Shown here: piece by piece, positions 1-12,800 of the stretch
How the letters are laid out: each line of letters starts with the position of its first letter
How positions within the stretch are numbered: position 1 is the first letter of the stretch
Source: Nemertoderma westbladi
Lineage: Eukaryota; Animalia; Xenacoelomorpha
Length of the DNA: 64,000 bases
Direction: 5' to 3'
Assembly (NCBI GenBank): GCA_032718475.1
Contig: JAUCBJ010001608.1
Span: 1-64,000 of the forward strand
The notes under the pieces: model-generated
Told to the model about the DNA's origin: nothing
Seen by the model: only the letters and a program-made list of their open reading frames with translations
The model's database searches: none
Position numbers and translations under genes: made by a program

Positions 1-52
1 AAGACATTCTAATTTGGCGGGTTAAACTGCCAAAGGTCTGAAAGCGCGAACA
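1..52 (+). mobile_element. 3' tip of an LTR from a third copy of the giant BEL/Pao family
   Basis: AAGACATTCTAATTTGGCGGGTTAAACTGCCAAAGGTCTGAAAGCGCGAACA closely matches the end of copy B LTRs (AAGACATTCTAATTTTGGCAGGTTAAACTGTCAAAGGTCTTCAAAAGCGCAAACA) and ends in CA. Confidence 0.85.
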
Positions 53-312
53 ATATTGATATATATATTACTACTATACATACTATATAGATATTATACA
101 CACTACATATTAAATTTCCTGGTTATTTGCAATATTTTTAATAGGATTTTGTTGAATTATATAATATTGTAGTAATTTATATATTAGATTGGTTAACATT
201 CAATACAGCTCCTACTTTAGGCTTAGTCAATTTATTATCTGATGATACAAACATGAATTAATTATTTCAAAGTGGTCTTAAGTCTTTCACCACGGGCACT
301 CAGGGAAATGCC

Positions 313-441
313 GGGGTCTGGGGGCGATAACCCCCAAGAAAAGAAGCGGGGGTTTGGGGGCGGCAGCCCCCAAGAAAAGAAGCGGGGGTTTGGGGGCGGT
401 AGCCCCCAACAAAAGAAGCGGGGGTTTGGGGGCGGCAGCCC
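313..441. repeat. 36-bp GC-rich tandem repeat, about 3.6 copies
   Basis: Unit GGGGTTTGGGGGCGGCAGCCCCCAAGAAAAGAAGCG; it explains the repetitive ORFs 262..492 and 272..499. Confidence 0.9.
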
Positions 442-619
442 ACAATTAAAAGAAATTAAAAGAATTAAAGGAATTAAAAGAAAAACAAACAAAATTTGAC
501 TATAAAAATGTTTCTTTTATAATTTTGGAAAAACTTGTCTAGATACAACTTGCCCTGTAACCATTTTTAACTTTTGTTTATTGCTTTGATGCACCCAGAT
601 TAATTTTAACACTTTAACT

Positions 620-770
620 GGGGGGGAAGTGTCCGGGGGGCAAGTGTCCGGGGGGCAAGTGTCCGGGGGGGAAGTGTCCGGGGGGGAAGTGTCCTACTTG
701 GGCGGGGGGGAAGTGTCCGGGGGGGAAGTGTCCGGGGGGGAAGTGTCCGGGGGGGAAGTGTCCTAGATCC
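620..770. repeat. About 15-bp G-rich tandem array (GGGGGGGAAGTGTCC)n, probably the repeat-rich terminus of a DNA transposon
   Basis: About 9 units ending TCCTAGATCC at 770, directly abutting copy A's LTR and replacing its last ~6 nt. Confidence 0.7.
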
Positions 771-1950
771 GCTTTTAGACCTTTAGCAGTTTAACCTGCC
801 AATTTTAGGTGTCTTCTAGGTTATAAATCGACTTTAGCCTATAACAAGTATTTGATACACATAAAGTTACATTAGCCGAAGCCAGCCTATGCGCGACCAT
901 TCACCCACGGTTAAGGGAGACTGGATTCGGATGCTCTGACCTTATTGCGGTGTAGACTTACTGTACTATTCGATTGATCGTTAATATAATATCTCTGACA
1001 AATATTATTCACTTTCGGGAAATATTAACAGTTCCTTTAGGACGTGGCGCTCTAAGTATGTAAACAGAGTTATGACTTACACTAAACACAACGGGATGGC
1101 TATTGATTTTCGTATAAAGCGCATTCTTTAGGAAATGCTTTGTTATCTGTCACACTCATGCACACTACCTGCACACTGCTGCACACTGATCTGCCGACCT
1201 TCACTAAATTTGATCATATATAAGGAGAATAGCAACCGACACATGTAGGGTCTATGAAATAGCATTCAATTCACTCCAAAACCACTATAATGTAAGTCGC
1301 AATTGCTACAGGTAACCGGTCTCTCTAACCTTCAGTATATCAAGAAGATTGGGGTTTTATGATTATTTATCGATATTCTCCAAATATAACAACATATCCA
1401 TCAACTGCTAACAATTAATAACCGACAGTAAATAGCAGTAAAATAATGCGGTGAAAGGATGTATAGTATGAATGAGTCTGATTGTATGCGCATTTGTTGA
1501 TAACAGTTATACGTTTCTATAATCAAAGCCGTTCTAATGTTTGGCTAAAGTCTGAAACACAGAATAATTCCAAAGCCGATGTTCTGGGCTCAGGAAAAAA
1601 GGTAAACAAAGACCATAATGCATTGCGCGATCTTCCGTAGGCTTCTGTACAAGATAAAATGAAAATCGCTCTGATTGGTCGAGTGAGCCGAACAAAGAAA
1701 GCCAAAAAGCTCCACATCGACATATCAGCTGATAGATGTCGTCATCTGAACTACACTGTATTAAGAGTATTTTGGCGTATTGCGGCATAAAATGGCTTGT
1801 TATGTCCGCTAAAGTACACATACAGAAAAATGGCTTTTTATGTCCACTAAAACACCTACACAGTAAGAAAACGGCTTTTTATGTCCGCTAAAACACCTAC
1901 AGAGTACTTTGCGGGGAAAATGACTAGCTAGATCCGCAAAAGCCTTTACA
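771..1950 (-). repeat. 3' LTR of copy A
   Basis: Starts TGTAAAGGCTTTTGCG on the minus strand right after the PPT-like CTGGGAGCGG, as in copy B; homologous but clearly diverged from the B LTR; three ~40-bp internal repeats at ~1793-1900. Confidence 0.9.
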
Positions 1951-2028
1951 CCGCTCCCAGAAAATGGGATTTAATTCTATAAAATATAAAAAATCACAGT
2001 TTCTAAAATATAAAAATACTCTAAACAG

Positions 2029-3804
2029 TTAGTCTTTCTTGCGCGGACGGCGTTTACGCAGTTTTTTGAGGCTAGCAAGAGTCCTTTTCTCTTTGGGGCG
2101 AGCCACTTTACTAGGAGGGCTATAACTCCTGGGTGAAGGGTGCAATACAATTGCATCGGAAGGTTTAGGATTACGGTCGGTGTATCCGCCGGTCGAGGTA
2201 CCTGGTTGATCGATATCAACCTCAGTGGAGCGAGGTCTAACGGCCTTTAGAGCGTGTTTTAGGACAGCAGCTCCTACTGGTCCCTGACGAGTCGTCTGAA
2301 CGATAGCGGTAGGTGGACCGTGAGTAGTGAGAAACTTCCTCGGTTTAATGGTTCTTTCCAACTCGCGTTCTCGGGCTCGATATTCGTAGGGCCGTCGATG
2401 CACTTCCTGTAACTCTGGATGCGAGTTGATAAACAAATCGCCATACTCCGGATCTTGACGGATGAAGTTGATCAAGTTATAGGAATTAATATCGTTAGGA
2501 TTAATGTTCCTGAGATATTTACGAACAAATTTGGTTGAAATACACTCACCAACACGCTTCATTAGTTCGTAACTCGGTGTGCGTGATTTTTGTTCAACAG
2601 ACGCGAATAGATAAGGATGGAACGCATAAACTCCTTCGTAGGCGCGTCCAGGGTAATAACGATGGCGTGACTCACAATGTAAATCCGCATTCGCTTCCCA
2701 AGCTCGGATGTAGCGTAGTGTAATCATTTCATCTACGCTTTCCAGATCGCGGTTAAAAGGGCAATCAAAACTGGCATGTCCTTTAAGTTGACAATGATGG
2801 CATTGAGTCATAAATTGGGGGCAGACTGCGAAAATGTGCAAGTTATTGAGTCTGCAATACGCACAATAGATCTCCATCGCCGGTTGTTCGTGGAAATAGG
2901 AGCAGGGTACGTCTGAGTCCATGGGGGTGAGATGATCTCTCGATGCGCATAATCGGCAACGTTTTCGAGAAACATAGTTGGCGTGCCGATAATCGTATGC
3001 GGTGAGACATTGTGGACCTTGATACCATTCCAAGACGTAGTCGTTGTCGCTGCTCCGGGGCGCTGTAGGCTGAATCTCCTCGGATTCTAAGCATATTGGT
3101 TCGTCTTCCAATTGCATAGCTGAGGTAGGTGCGGCTGTCTCCTCAAGCGAACCCACTGTCTGAACTTCCACGATAGAATAACCCGTGGGTATTCGAGGTC
3201 TTTGTATAACAGAGGAATGTAAGTTCTGTATACAAACGTCCTTGAAAATGGCGAATCCAGCGCTGTCTAACTTCTCAGCAGCTGAGTCTCTTAGGCTGAG
3301 CTTAGTCAGAGCGCGGTCCTTGAACTGACTATCAACGTTACGGAACGGAGTCAGAAAGCGCCTGAAGCATTCGAAGCGGATGAATTTATTGTGTTCATCT
3401 AGCTTGGCGAGTTTGGTTCCAAGTATTAAGGGATGGGCGCGTATAGTACGACTGCACACATCGGCTAGCCAACCGGCAAGTGCGGCGTTTTCAAAGATCG
3501 TGTATATAGCTAAGGAGGGACGAAGTGGAACACTCATGAAGCTATACACGACACCAGGTGCTGTCAATGGTCCATCGAAGTATAATCGAGAATAATGATC
3601 TCCATATACTTGTTGATAGTTGATAGGATTTCCGACCTTGAAATTCCATCCGTATTCTTGAAAGGCAAGATGTCCGATGGAAGTTCGTTGTACTTTAGTA
3701 ATGCCGCTGGGTGTATTGGCATATATAGTGCGGAAGAAACCTCGGCCTTCTGCCCAGGGAGCAATCAGCTGAGTATCTACGAAAGGATATGGAATGTTCT
3801 CCAT
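2029..3804 (-). CDS. Accessory 591-aa protein with three CCHC-like zinc motifs and a basic C-terminus (copy A)
   Basis: Intact ORF, same length as 48194..49969; motifs CRLCASRDH, CAYCRLNNLHIFAVC, CHHCQLKGHASFDC; ends KKLRKRRPRKKD. Confidence 0.9.
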   Translation of the reverse strand: MENIPYPFVDTQLIAPWAEGRGFFRTIYANTPSGITKVQRTSIGHLAFQEYGWNFKVGNPINYQQVYGDHYSRLYFDGPLTAPGVVYSFMSVPLRPSLAIYTIFENAALAGWLADVCSRTIRAHPLILGTKLAKLDEHNKFIRFECFRRFLTPFRNVDSQFKDRALTKLSLRDSAAEKLDSAGFAIFKDVCIQNLHSSVIQRPRIPTGYSIVEVQTVGSLEETAAPTSAMQLEDEPICLESEEIQPTAPRSSDNDYVLEWYQGPQCLTAYDYRHANYVSRKRCRLCASRDHLTPMDSDVPCSYFHEQPAMEIYCAYCRLNNLHIFAVCPQFMTQCHHCQLKGHASFDCPFNRDLESVDEMITLRYIRAWEANADLHCESRHRYYPGRAYEGVYAFHPYLFASVEQKSRTPSYELMKRVGECISTKFVRKYLRNINPNDINSYNLINFIRQDPEYGDLFINSHPELQEVHRRPYEYRARERELERTIKPRKFLTTHGPPTAIVQTTRQGPVGAAVLKHALKAVRPRSTEVDIDQPGTSTGGYTDRNPKPSDAIVLHPSPRSYSPPSKVARPKEKRTLASLKKLRKRRPRKKD

Positions 3805-4610
3805 GTTCCTGTTGTATGCCTAATATGTCTTCCATTGATGGTAGAGAGCAGGGGAAGACCTATGTCGTATTCAGAAATATTCAGAAATACGATCTCAGTA
3901 GGAGGATTCAACATTCGAAGACCATCTCCAAATGAAATTATCCCTAATCATTAAGGGAGGTGAACAACCAGATTTATGACACATAATGGTACCAGTTGTT
4001 CACAGACTATCCACGTGTCCTTTCAGTCCTTGTATCACGGTGATGGACTAAAGGAAATTATTGGTGGTTGATTATCTAATCGACGACAAGAGGGATGGAA
4101 GTTGATATTGTAAATACCAACAGAATGGTACATGGACAGGAGGTGCGGACACCAATATAAGCATCCAGATTAATAGTGAGGGATGGGAGGTTTAGTAAGA
4201 GGCGGTATGATCAATACCACGATACGGCAATGATTGGTCGATCGTTTCCCAAAGCTCCGAGCACGTTGGGAAGGGAAGGTGGGACGAAGTGTGTTGTATC
4301 TTTAATAGCGATGTATAGAGGGATAATAGTAGTAAGGAGGAGGAAGGATATATGGTAGTATCTATAAGATACCACGATGGGCATGTTTTCCGTTACGTCA
4401 TCATTCATTCTTGCTCTTTGATTGCGACACTGATCACAATAATTACAGGAAGACGATGAAGTAAGAGAAAATTACAGCCTCCCGAAGGAGACCGCCCGCG
4501 AGCACCCGTGCCCCGGGGAAAACTATTCACATTATGGACCCTGGACATTAACGTATGTCTTTTCTACAGTGGTTCTCCTCTACTTGTCTTTACAAGCCTT
4601 CTTCCACATT

Positions 4611-4988
4611 CTATCTTTCGAGTCGGTTTCGAATAGGATTCTCTTGTTCTATTCTCGGTTTATCGTTCCGACTCTGCTGGGTATGATATTTAAATAAAAC
4701 CATTTCCCTTTCGGTGTCTACATCGTCCGTGTCATGTAAATCGATAGGATGGCCAGTAGTTAAGAAGTCCATGTACGTACCATTATGATGCGTATAGCGA
4801 GCGGTGAATTTTCTATAGTCCAATTCACACGTAAGTTGCTCCTGGGACATTGGTGGTTCGATATAACGACCATCGTCCTCCGTAGTAGTTGGACTAGCGT
4901 CGCCGCGTATCAAGCTATCAACAAACGCTTGTAAAGGTAGAGTATATCGCTCCCTGATACCAAGATCATCTTCTATCAACTCAGTCAT
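4611..4988 (-). CDS. Small acidic accessory ORF (125 aa), probably the 3' exon of a spliced gene (copy A)
   Basis: Highly similar to 46994..47392; preceded by a GTAGGC...TAGCAG intron-like segment. Confidence 0.65.
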   Translation of the reverse strand: MTELIEDDLGIRERYTLPLQAFVDSLIRGDASPTTTEDDGRYIEPPMSQEQLTCELDYRKFTARYTHHNGTYMDFLTTGHPIDLHDTDDVDTEREMVLFKYHTQQSRNDKPRIEQENPIRNRLER

Positions 4989-5533
4989 AGCTGCTATATG
5001 AGTTTATCAATATTATAATGAGTTTATATTTAGGCTAGCGGGCGTTGCTGCCTACCCCTCACGGCCCCTGGACAGCGCAAGATCCTCAGCGCCGATGTGC
5101 CGTGTTTTTCGCCAACGTAGTAGCTACACAACGACAACGATAACCAGCGCGAGTCACTCCACCGTCCGTGAATTTTCTATAGTCCAATTCACGCGTAAGT
5201 TGCTCCTGGGACATTGGCGGTTCGATATAACGACCATCGTCCTCCGTAGTAGTTGGACTAGCGTCGCCGCGTATCAAGCTATCAACAAACGCTTGTAAAG
5301 GTAGAGTATATCGCTCCCTGATACCAAGATCATCTTCTATCAACTCAGTCATAGCTGCTATATGAGTTTATCAATATTATACTGAGTTTATATTTAGGCT
5401 AGCGGGTGTCGCTGCCTACCCCTCACGGCCCCCGGACAGCGCAAGATCCTCAGCGCCGATGCGCCGTGTTTTTCGCCAACGTAATAGCTACACAACGACA
5501 ACGATAACCAGCGCGAGTCACTCCACCGTCCGT
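4804..5533. repeat. 364-bp tandem duplication inside copy A
   Basis: 4804-5169 repeats at 5168-5533; the two MTELIEDD starts (4988, 5352) are 364 bp apart. Confidence 0.92.
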
Positions 5534-7043
5534 CCCAAAGGCTTAGATTTACTTCAGGTTCTTACTGCAGAGGTAGGGCTACTTTCACAATTGCGACTCG
5601 CTACTGTAAACACACTTTAGTAGTAACATTCACCTATAAACGCACAAATTCCACATAACTGTCACAAATTGTACACATTCGGGCCATTTGTCCGTTAGTC
5701 AAGTGCCTTCCAGAATGCCACGTTATTATTATGTATCCTTGGATACTAGCAGTGTGCTATTTATTCCTTATGCTATTCAATGGGACAAGCTTTCTATTGT
5801 TCTTTTAACTCGCTTCTAATTCTAGCGTGGTTGTTGCTATGGTGACATTATGGAAAGCTAGCAGTAGAATTAGGGTAATTCCCATGCATACAGATCTGGG
5901 ATACTATTTAATAGTAATTCTTTAATTGTCAATATCCCCTTTATACATGATTTTATGAATTTTATCGGCTATTGACTATACATTGGAGATTCTCGCACAC
6001 TAATACTTAATAGGGTGAATCTCCGCTCCCATGATTTATTAATTAATGGAATTTTGGGAATATTATAAATTGTATAAAATAAAAATTTATCAAATTCATT
6101 AAAAGAGATGAATTTAAATTTATTCCCGTCAATTTTATTATTTATCCTTAAAACAGACATAATTTTATTCCAGAGCATGTCTGGGGACTAGGGTCCTTAA
6201 TTCTAGGAAATTTATCCTTTTAAGAGTATCGGTAAGTGCTACGATATCTTAGTAGACTAGAATTTTAAAGGATCTAAAATTTTACAGATTTTAATTTATA
6301 GATTTTCTAGAGTTAACTTGTAAGTAGTTACTCTATTGTATCTATTTGACAGATTTTACAAATATTAATAGTTAATATCTAAGATGGGCACCAGTTTATT
6401 TCAGAACATGTCTGGGGACGTTAACCATTGATTCTAGAATTTTGTCTTTCAAGTATATCGGTGGGTGCCGCGATATCTTAATCGACTAGAATTACAGATG
6501 GTCAAAGGGTTTAACAGATTGATTTTGCGTTTTACACTACTGTTAAAGGGACATCACGCTACTATATGTATTATTTAATATACAGTATGAGAGCAATATT
6601 GCAAGAAACAATGTCAGTGAGAAGAGGCAAGTCGTTTCCAAGGTCTACCCAGAGCTTGGTTTAGCCGAGACACGAGGATCTGAATTTTGCATTCCTAATA
6701 CTCTACTTACCAATAATACTTGAATATAGTAGGAGCTTTATTGTACTTTAATAAGTACGGACATTTCATCTTACTGTAGTCACGTATTTATAATATGATA
6801 CGGACAGTAAGGAAAGAGAAAAAGAGTTATTTCTTGCCATCGCACTAAATATATATTATATAAGTAATTAAGTAATAAGACTAATATATATTGCACTAAT
6901 CTACTAGATAATCGCTAAAATAACATTCTACTAAATAAAATTAAAGAAAACGATTATAATAAAAGTACATAATAGTACATACAGAAATATAAAATAATAA
7001 AAATATATAAAATAATATAGTCACACACCCACTCCAGACGCTG

Positions 7044-9110
7044 TCACGTTGGGGAGTCCCTGGATGTTGGTTGGATTAGGGAGGTGGTCGTGGGAAGAGT
7101 GTCTTGCCTTCCATAGTTTCCGGAGAGTTCTCTGTCTCTTTCCAGTAAACATAAACGACCAACTGGGCGATTGAGCTGCTGCGTCTCGAAGACAATTCCC
7201 GGTTTCTTAAAGTTACGTCGCATGACGACGAGTTCTACCGATCGCACCAAACCATCATCTGAGATATGAGTCTCGATGATACGACCTGTCTGCCACCGCT
7301 TACGTGGAAGATCTGACTCCACAATAAGGACCATGTCTCCTGCGCTGACGTTTTCTTGCTGCGCAAACCACTTAGTTCGAAGTTGTAGTGTAGGCAGATA
7401 ATGTTTTTCGAAATGGTCAGCGAAACGACGGGATAACAACTGCATAAGTTGCCAAGTTTGCCGGCAGTATTCGAACTTGGGTTGTCCAGCAAAGATGTCT
7501 TCGGCTAGTTCTTTTTCGATGAATGTTCCTGTGATGCCGTAGTCAAGGAGGGCGTTCACTATATAGCTCTTTTCTGACCCGTGGACTCTCAACTGCACTA
7601 TGGGAAATTCTCGGATTCCTACGTTGGAAGTTGGTGCTTTCCAAGATGGTTGTCAGTCAGGAGTAGTTAGGGGGAGCTCACTATCAGTTTCCTTCTCATA
7701 CGTAAGTGCTCGATACACTGCGGTATTTATTAGGTAACAGGATTCGTTTTTGTCTTCCATCTCAGAACGTTGGTCAGTGTCGTTCACATCACTGAATTGG
7801 ACATGTAGTTCGAACTCACTTACCTGACTCGGGCGGTTTCTTTCGAATTCAGTGTGCAACAAGATATGATGTTTCGCGCCGCACTTAGCACACCTTGCGT
7901 CGGAATAACAGGTTCACCATTGGTGTCCTTGTCTGAGGCAATTATAACACAACCGCTTATTCCACATGACTTCCCGTCTATCTATGAGGGATTTCTTTAG
8001 GAATTCATCACACACACTTAAACGGTGGGGCCCATCGCACAGCACACATTTTGGTTTGATGTTACTTACTTTATCTTGGGTAACGTTGTGCACACTTGTT
8101 CTTTCCTCGGACTTTCTTCCATGAATTCTCTTAGGAGATGTAGGAGGAGTTTTTCTTACCTGTTCTCTCCTGTCATTGGTTCGAGACTTAAATTTACTTA
8201 CGTCTTTAGGCACTTTGTTGACATAGTAAGCTCTTTCAGTGTCTTTCCCGCTGTCCTCCTCTTGAGAAGCCTGGCTTTCGCCGTCGTCTGTATAACACAC
8301 TGGTGTTACCTTTCTCCTAGAAATGGGTTTCTCACTTACCTTATTTTCCGGTGTCTTCTCTCTGGACTGCTTTAGGAGCTGTAATTTTACCTCTCCATCT
8401 AAGAATGACATGAGATCAGCCATGGTAGGGTCTCTTCGTTGTTGTTCCATCATATATAACACTTTCTTGTCCCAGCGTGTACCTACTCCACCCTTTGGTA
8501 AAGTAGATGCTACGGCTCCAATAACCATAGAACTCTGATATTCATGAGACTTACCTAGCCAATCTAATTGTCTACAGATCTCCTGAATCTCATCGGAAAA
8601 CTCTATAATCCCGCTGCTAATGAACTTTCGGGGCGCTACCAATTTTGCATACAAATACCTAGCTATGTTATTCCTATTACCATACCTGATGTTTAAGGTA
8701 TTCCAAACTTGTCTTAATCCATTTGGATGTCCAATAAACTTTAACGCCATTAACTTGGGAGATCCTTCGAAGCACTCAATGAGGAATCTAAGTTTCTCTC
8801 CATTAGATAGCACAGAGTTCTGTATGTTATCTTTGTAATATTCATTAAAAGGTAACCATTTCATCTCATCTCCATTGAACTTGACGATCTCTCCCACCTT
8901 TACCGCTTGACGGGCTTCGGTTCTAGCCATTTGACGTGTAAAACTTTCTTGGGCCATCGTATTATTTAATATCGAGTTATCGGTATATAAATTTCTCGGA
9001 TTATTATCAGGTCTATATGGAATATCATTGTCAACAGGTTTATAATTACCTTTAATAGGGTTTACTATAGGAGTTTCTACTTCACTAGCAGTATAGATGT
9101 GTGTAGGCTC
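7044..9110 (-). pseudogene. gag-pol remnant of copy A, 3' part (Gag core, zinc knuckles, protease start fused to integrase C-terminus)
   Basis: ORFs 7914..8957, 7653..7862 and 7044..7598 match B ORFs; junction QPKF/EYCRQ at ~7470 skips RT, RNase H and the integrase core; protease motif changed to LDYG. Confidence 0.9.
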
Positions 9111-9483
9111 TGTTGGAGATTTATATTAGCTTTTATTAACATTCTTCCCATAGTTTTTCTAAACATTATATTATCATGATTATTAGTTGGCAATTTACCA
9201 TTATACATAGGCTTACTTTGAAGTATTATATTTGTCACATTGTTACATTAATTAACAGCTGATTTATCTATTGAGGTTTACTCTTTACCATTTACTCTTT
9301 TGATATTCATAGTTATTGTTGTTGTTTTTTGTTGTCGTAAAACTTTCAATAATATTGCCAATATGTATACTTATACTGTAGGAATAGCTCTGTTTATATA
9401 TTAAATATACTATAAGATTATTGTTTATTATATTCGACATCTTATACTAAAAACTCTTTATCAATCCTTCGGGAACCCCGACA
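9111..9483 (+). repeat. 5' LTR of element C
   Basis: TGTTGGAG...CCCCGACA, direct repeat of 15683-16055. Confidence 0.95.
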
Positions 9484-9893
9484 AGTGGAGCCTTCAGAGA
9501 GAAACAGACTATCCTACGGTATTTCATTCAACGAGACAACAATGTTTCGATGTTGATTTCTTCAAGTTGTGAACATTTACACAATAACTCGCTTTGATCA
9601 ATTCACTCAAGAAGCAGCATCTGTATTGTTATCGCCTTCAGTTGAACTCAAATTACCTCGGACATTGCGGTAAGATCGAACCAAAGTAACTATTATTGTA
9701 ACAAGATTTAACTGATCATTTTCTTGTATCTTATATAAATACTGTATTTATTTGATATCGTGTTTAATATTTTGACAGTATTGATTAATTGCACAATTTA
9801 TAGTTACAATATTTGTATAGGGATTTAAATTCGTAGCCTAAAGTCAAATTTTCTCAAAATCAAATTATTGGATCAACAAAATATAAATACTGT

Positions 9894-12800
9894 ATGGAGC
9901 AATTAAAGTCACAACGTGCAGGGAAACGGGGATATTTAACTAGATTAATTTCACAAACTAATACACTATTGTTAGTGACTGAGAAGGATCCTATAGAACT
10001 AGAGGTGTTGCGTGATAACATTTTTGATGTTTTAAATTGGTTAAAGGAAAAGGATGAGGATTATCAAAGTTATATTTCACCAGATACTATTGAAAAGGAT
10101 GTTATAGAATGTGAAAGCCGTCAATATGAGGGAAGTCACGCAATAAAAAAGATAGAAAAATTTCTTGAGTCCATTAAATCTACAACGGCAGAAAATATAT
10201 CATCACAATCTCTTGATAGTAGTCATTATAACCCATTAGATTCATCACAATTCCGGGCACACACAACACTATCAACCGGCACATTACCAAAATTCTCAGG
10301 TGATCTATTGCAATGGATAGAATTTCGTGATACATTTCAGAGTTCCGTTCACAATAATCCCAAAATTTCCAGCATTGATAAATTTGTAATTTTGTTAGGA
10401 CAACTTCATGGCGCAGCCAAAGAGTCTATTGCTGGGATTCCTTTGAACGCAGCAAATTATTCGCACGTATGGGACATTTTAGAATCACGTTTTGGTAATG
10501 CAGAAGCAATTTCTTACAAACTCATGGAAATATTTTTAACTTATCAGCCAGTCTCCAAAATGAACATGAAAGAAGTACAATTACTGCATGACAAATATAA
10601 GTCCACCATTAGACAATTGGAATCACTTAATGTGAACCCAACTAGCTATGAAGTCTTGCTCAAACCTGTTGTAATGAGTAAACTTCCAATAGAATTCAGG
10701 TTGATAATGCGAAAGAAACCAAACTTCAATACAATCGGCATTGAGCGGCTTCTAGAGTACATGCAGACAGAATTACAAACTAGGACACTGTGTGAGTTAG
10801 AATTGAAGACTCATGCTCAACACAAACTGGCACCCAATACTACTTACGATAATTTGAAGCAACGGAAATCCACATCTGTTTCTTCTATGGTTCCAACAAC
10901 TGCTGCACTTGTTGCTATAAAGCCCAAAATAAGTTGCATATTTTGCAATGGCAATCATTATTCTTCATCATGCAATTCAATAAGAGATGTCAAATCTAGG
11001 CGAGAAAAACTCACTAGTGAAAAATGTTGTTTCATTTGTTTATCCAAAAACCATTTCAAACCAAATTGTCCCAAGGCAGATAAACAGTGTTTCAGTTGCA
11101 AACGCAAAGGGCATCATTCAAGCATTTGTTACACGGCAAACAATGGCAAGTCAGTCAGTAATGCTGCCATTGTCCATAGCAATTCGAGTTCGACAACTGG
11201 AATGTCGGACACAGCAATGCAGTTGAATCACAATTCGGCATCATTAAGTGCTCAACCACAATCACAAGTCTCACAAATAAATTCAAGGGCAATTGCCTAC
11301 CCTAGTCAAGGTGTTGTCAATATGGTAGTTTGTGAGACAACACAAACGTCGATAACTCGACAATCACATATGTTCAATGAACAAGAGCACGCCACTCAAA
11401 CAACTGTTTCAATTTTATTGGAAACAGCAACACTTAAATGTTACAATCCCAAGAATATAAGGGAGCTTCATGTTCGTGTTCTATTTGATAAAGGGTCACA
11501 TCGAAGTTATATTACAGATAAAGTCTGCAACGAACTTGATCTTGAAGTAGTTGGAAAGGGTTTCATTCACGTTAGTTCATTTTTGTCAAGGATGCCGAAA
11601 AGAATTGAATGCAATTTAGTTAAGTTCAATTTAATAAAAGGGACAGCAAATATTGTGGTAGAGGCCACAGCTGTTCCATTTATTTGCCTTCCATTTGGTC
11701 CGCAGGAGTGCCAAACACAACAATACAGTCATCTTCGCAACCTAAACCTTGCAGATGACTTTCGCAGTTCGCATAAAGAGATTGGTGTTCTTATTGGGGC
11801 AGATTTGTACAACAATCTTGTTGATGCTGGAAATGTCCGCAAGGGGCATCTAAGTGATCAGCCTGTTGCTACAAAATCTGTCTTTGGTTGGTTGTTAACA
11901 GGACCAATAGAAGAATCCGAAAATATGTCGACAGAAAATACAGCCTTAGTTGCTAGCAATGATACCTGTGATTGTACAAGAGAATTAACAAAGATTCTCA
12001 AGACATTTTGGGAATTGGAATCAGCTGGAGTTTCAACTCCTGATCATGTTCATAACAATTTTTGTAAGGAAATCATGTTTGAAAATAGGCGATACTCAGT
12101 AAACTTGCCATGGAAAGACAATGTAGCGCCACTTCAAAATCATTACTCACTTTCACTTGGACGCCTCCAATCATTGGTTAAACGTTTCTTACGCAACCCC
12201 ACACTTTATCATCGTTACAGTGAAGTTCTGAGTGACTACTGTAAACGCGGTTTTATTGAAGAAGTTAATGACCCAAGTGAATCATGTGGCATCACTCATT
12301 ATATCCCTCATCACTGCGTTATAAGGGAAGATCACAACACAACAAAGCTGCGAATAGTATTTGATGGTAGTGCCAGAGACTCAAAACAAGATTTATCACT
12401 CAATGACACATTGTATACTGGCCCTTCTCTGGTATCAAATATTGTTTCGATTATGATTCGCTTTCGCTTGTATCAGTATGTGCTGTTGGCAGATATTGAA
12501 AAAGCTTTTCTTATGGTTTCAGTAAACTCTGAACATCGTGATGCTTTAAGGTTTTTATGGATGCAGAATCCTTTAGATCAAGCCAATGATACTGTCAAGG
12601 TTTATCGGTGGTGCAGAGTTCCATTTGGATTAAACCCATCCCCTTTCTTATTACATGGTACTGTTAGTCATCATTTATCTGAGGAAAACAAATCACCACA
12701 TGTCAATGATGCTACTAGTACTGCAATCAATGTACTAGGCAATGATTTGTATGTCGACAACTTGCAAACAGGGGCAGACACAGTCAACGAAATATTATCA

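Noticed and set aside
262-499. Short Gly/Pro-rich ORFs
   Set aside because: Products of the 36-bp tandem repeat
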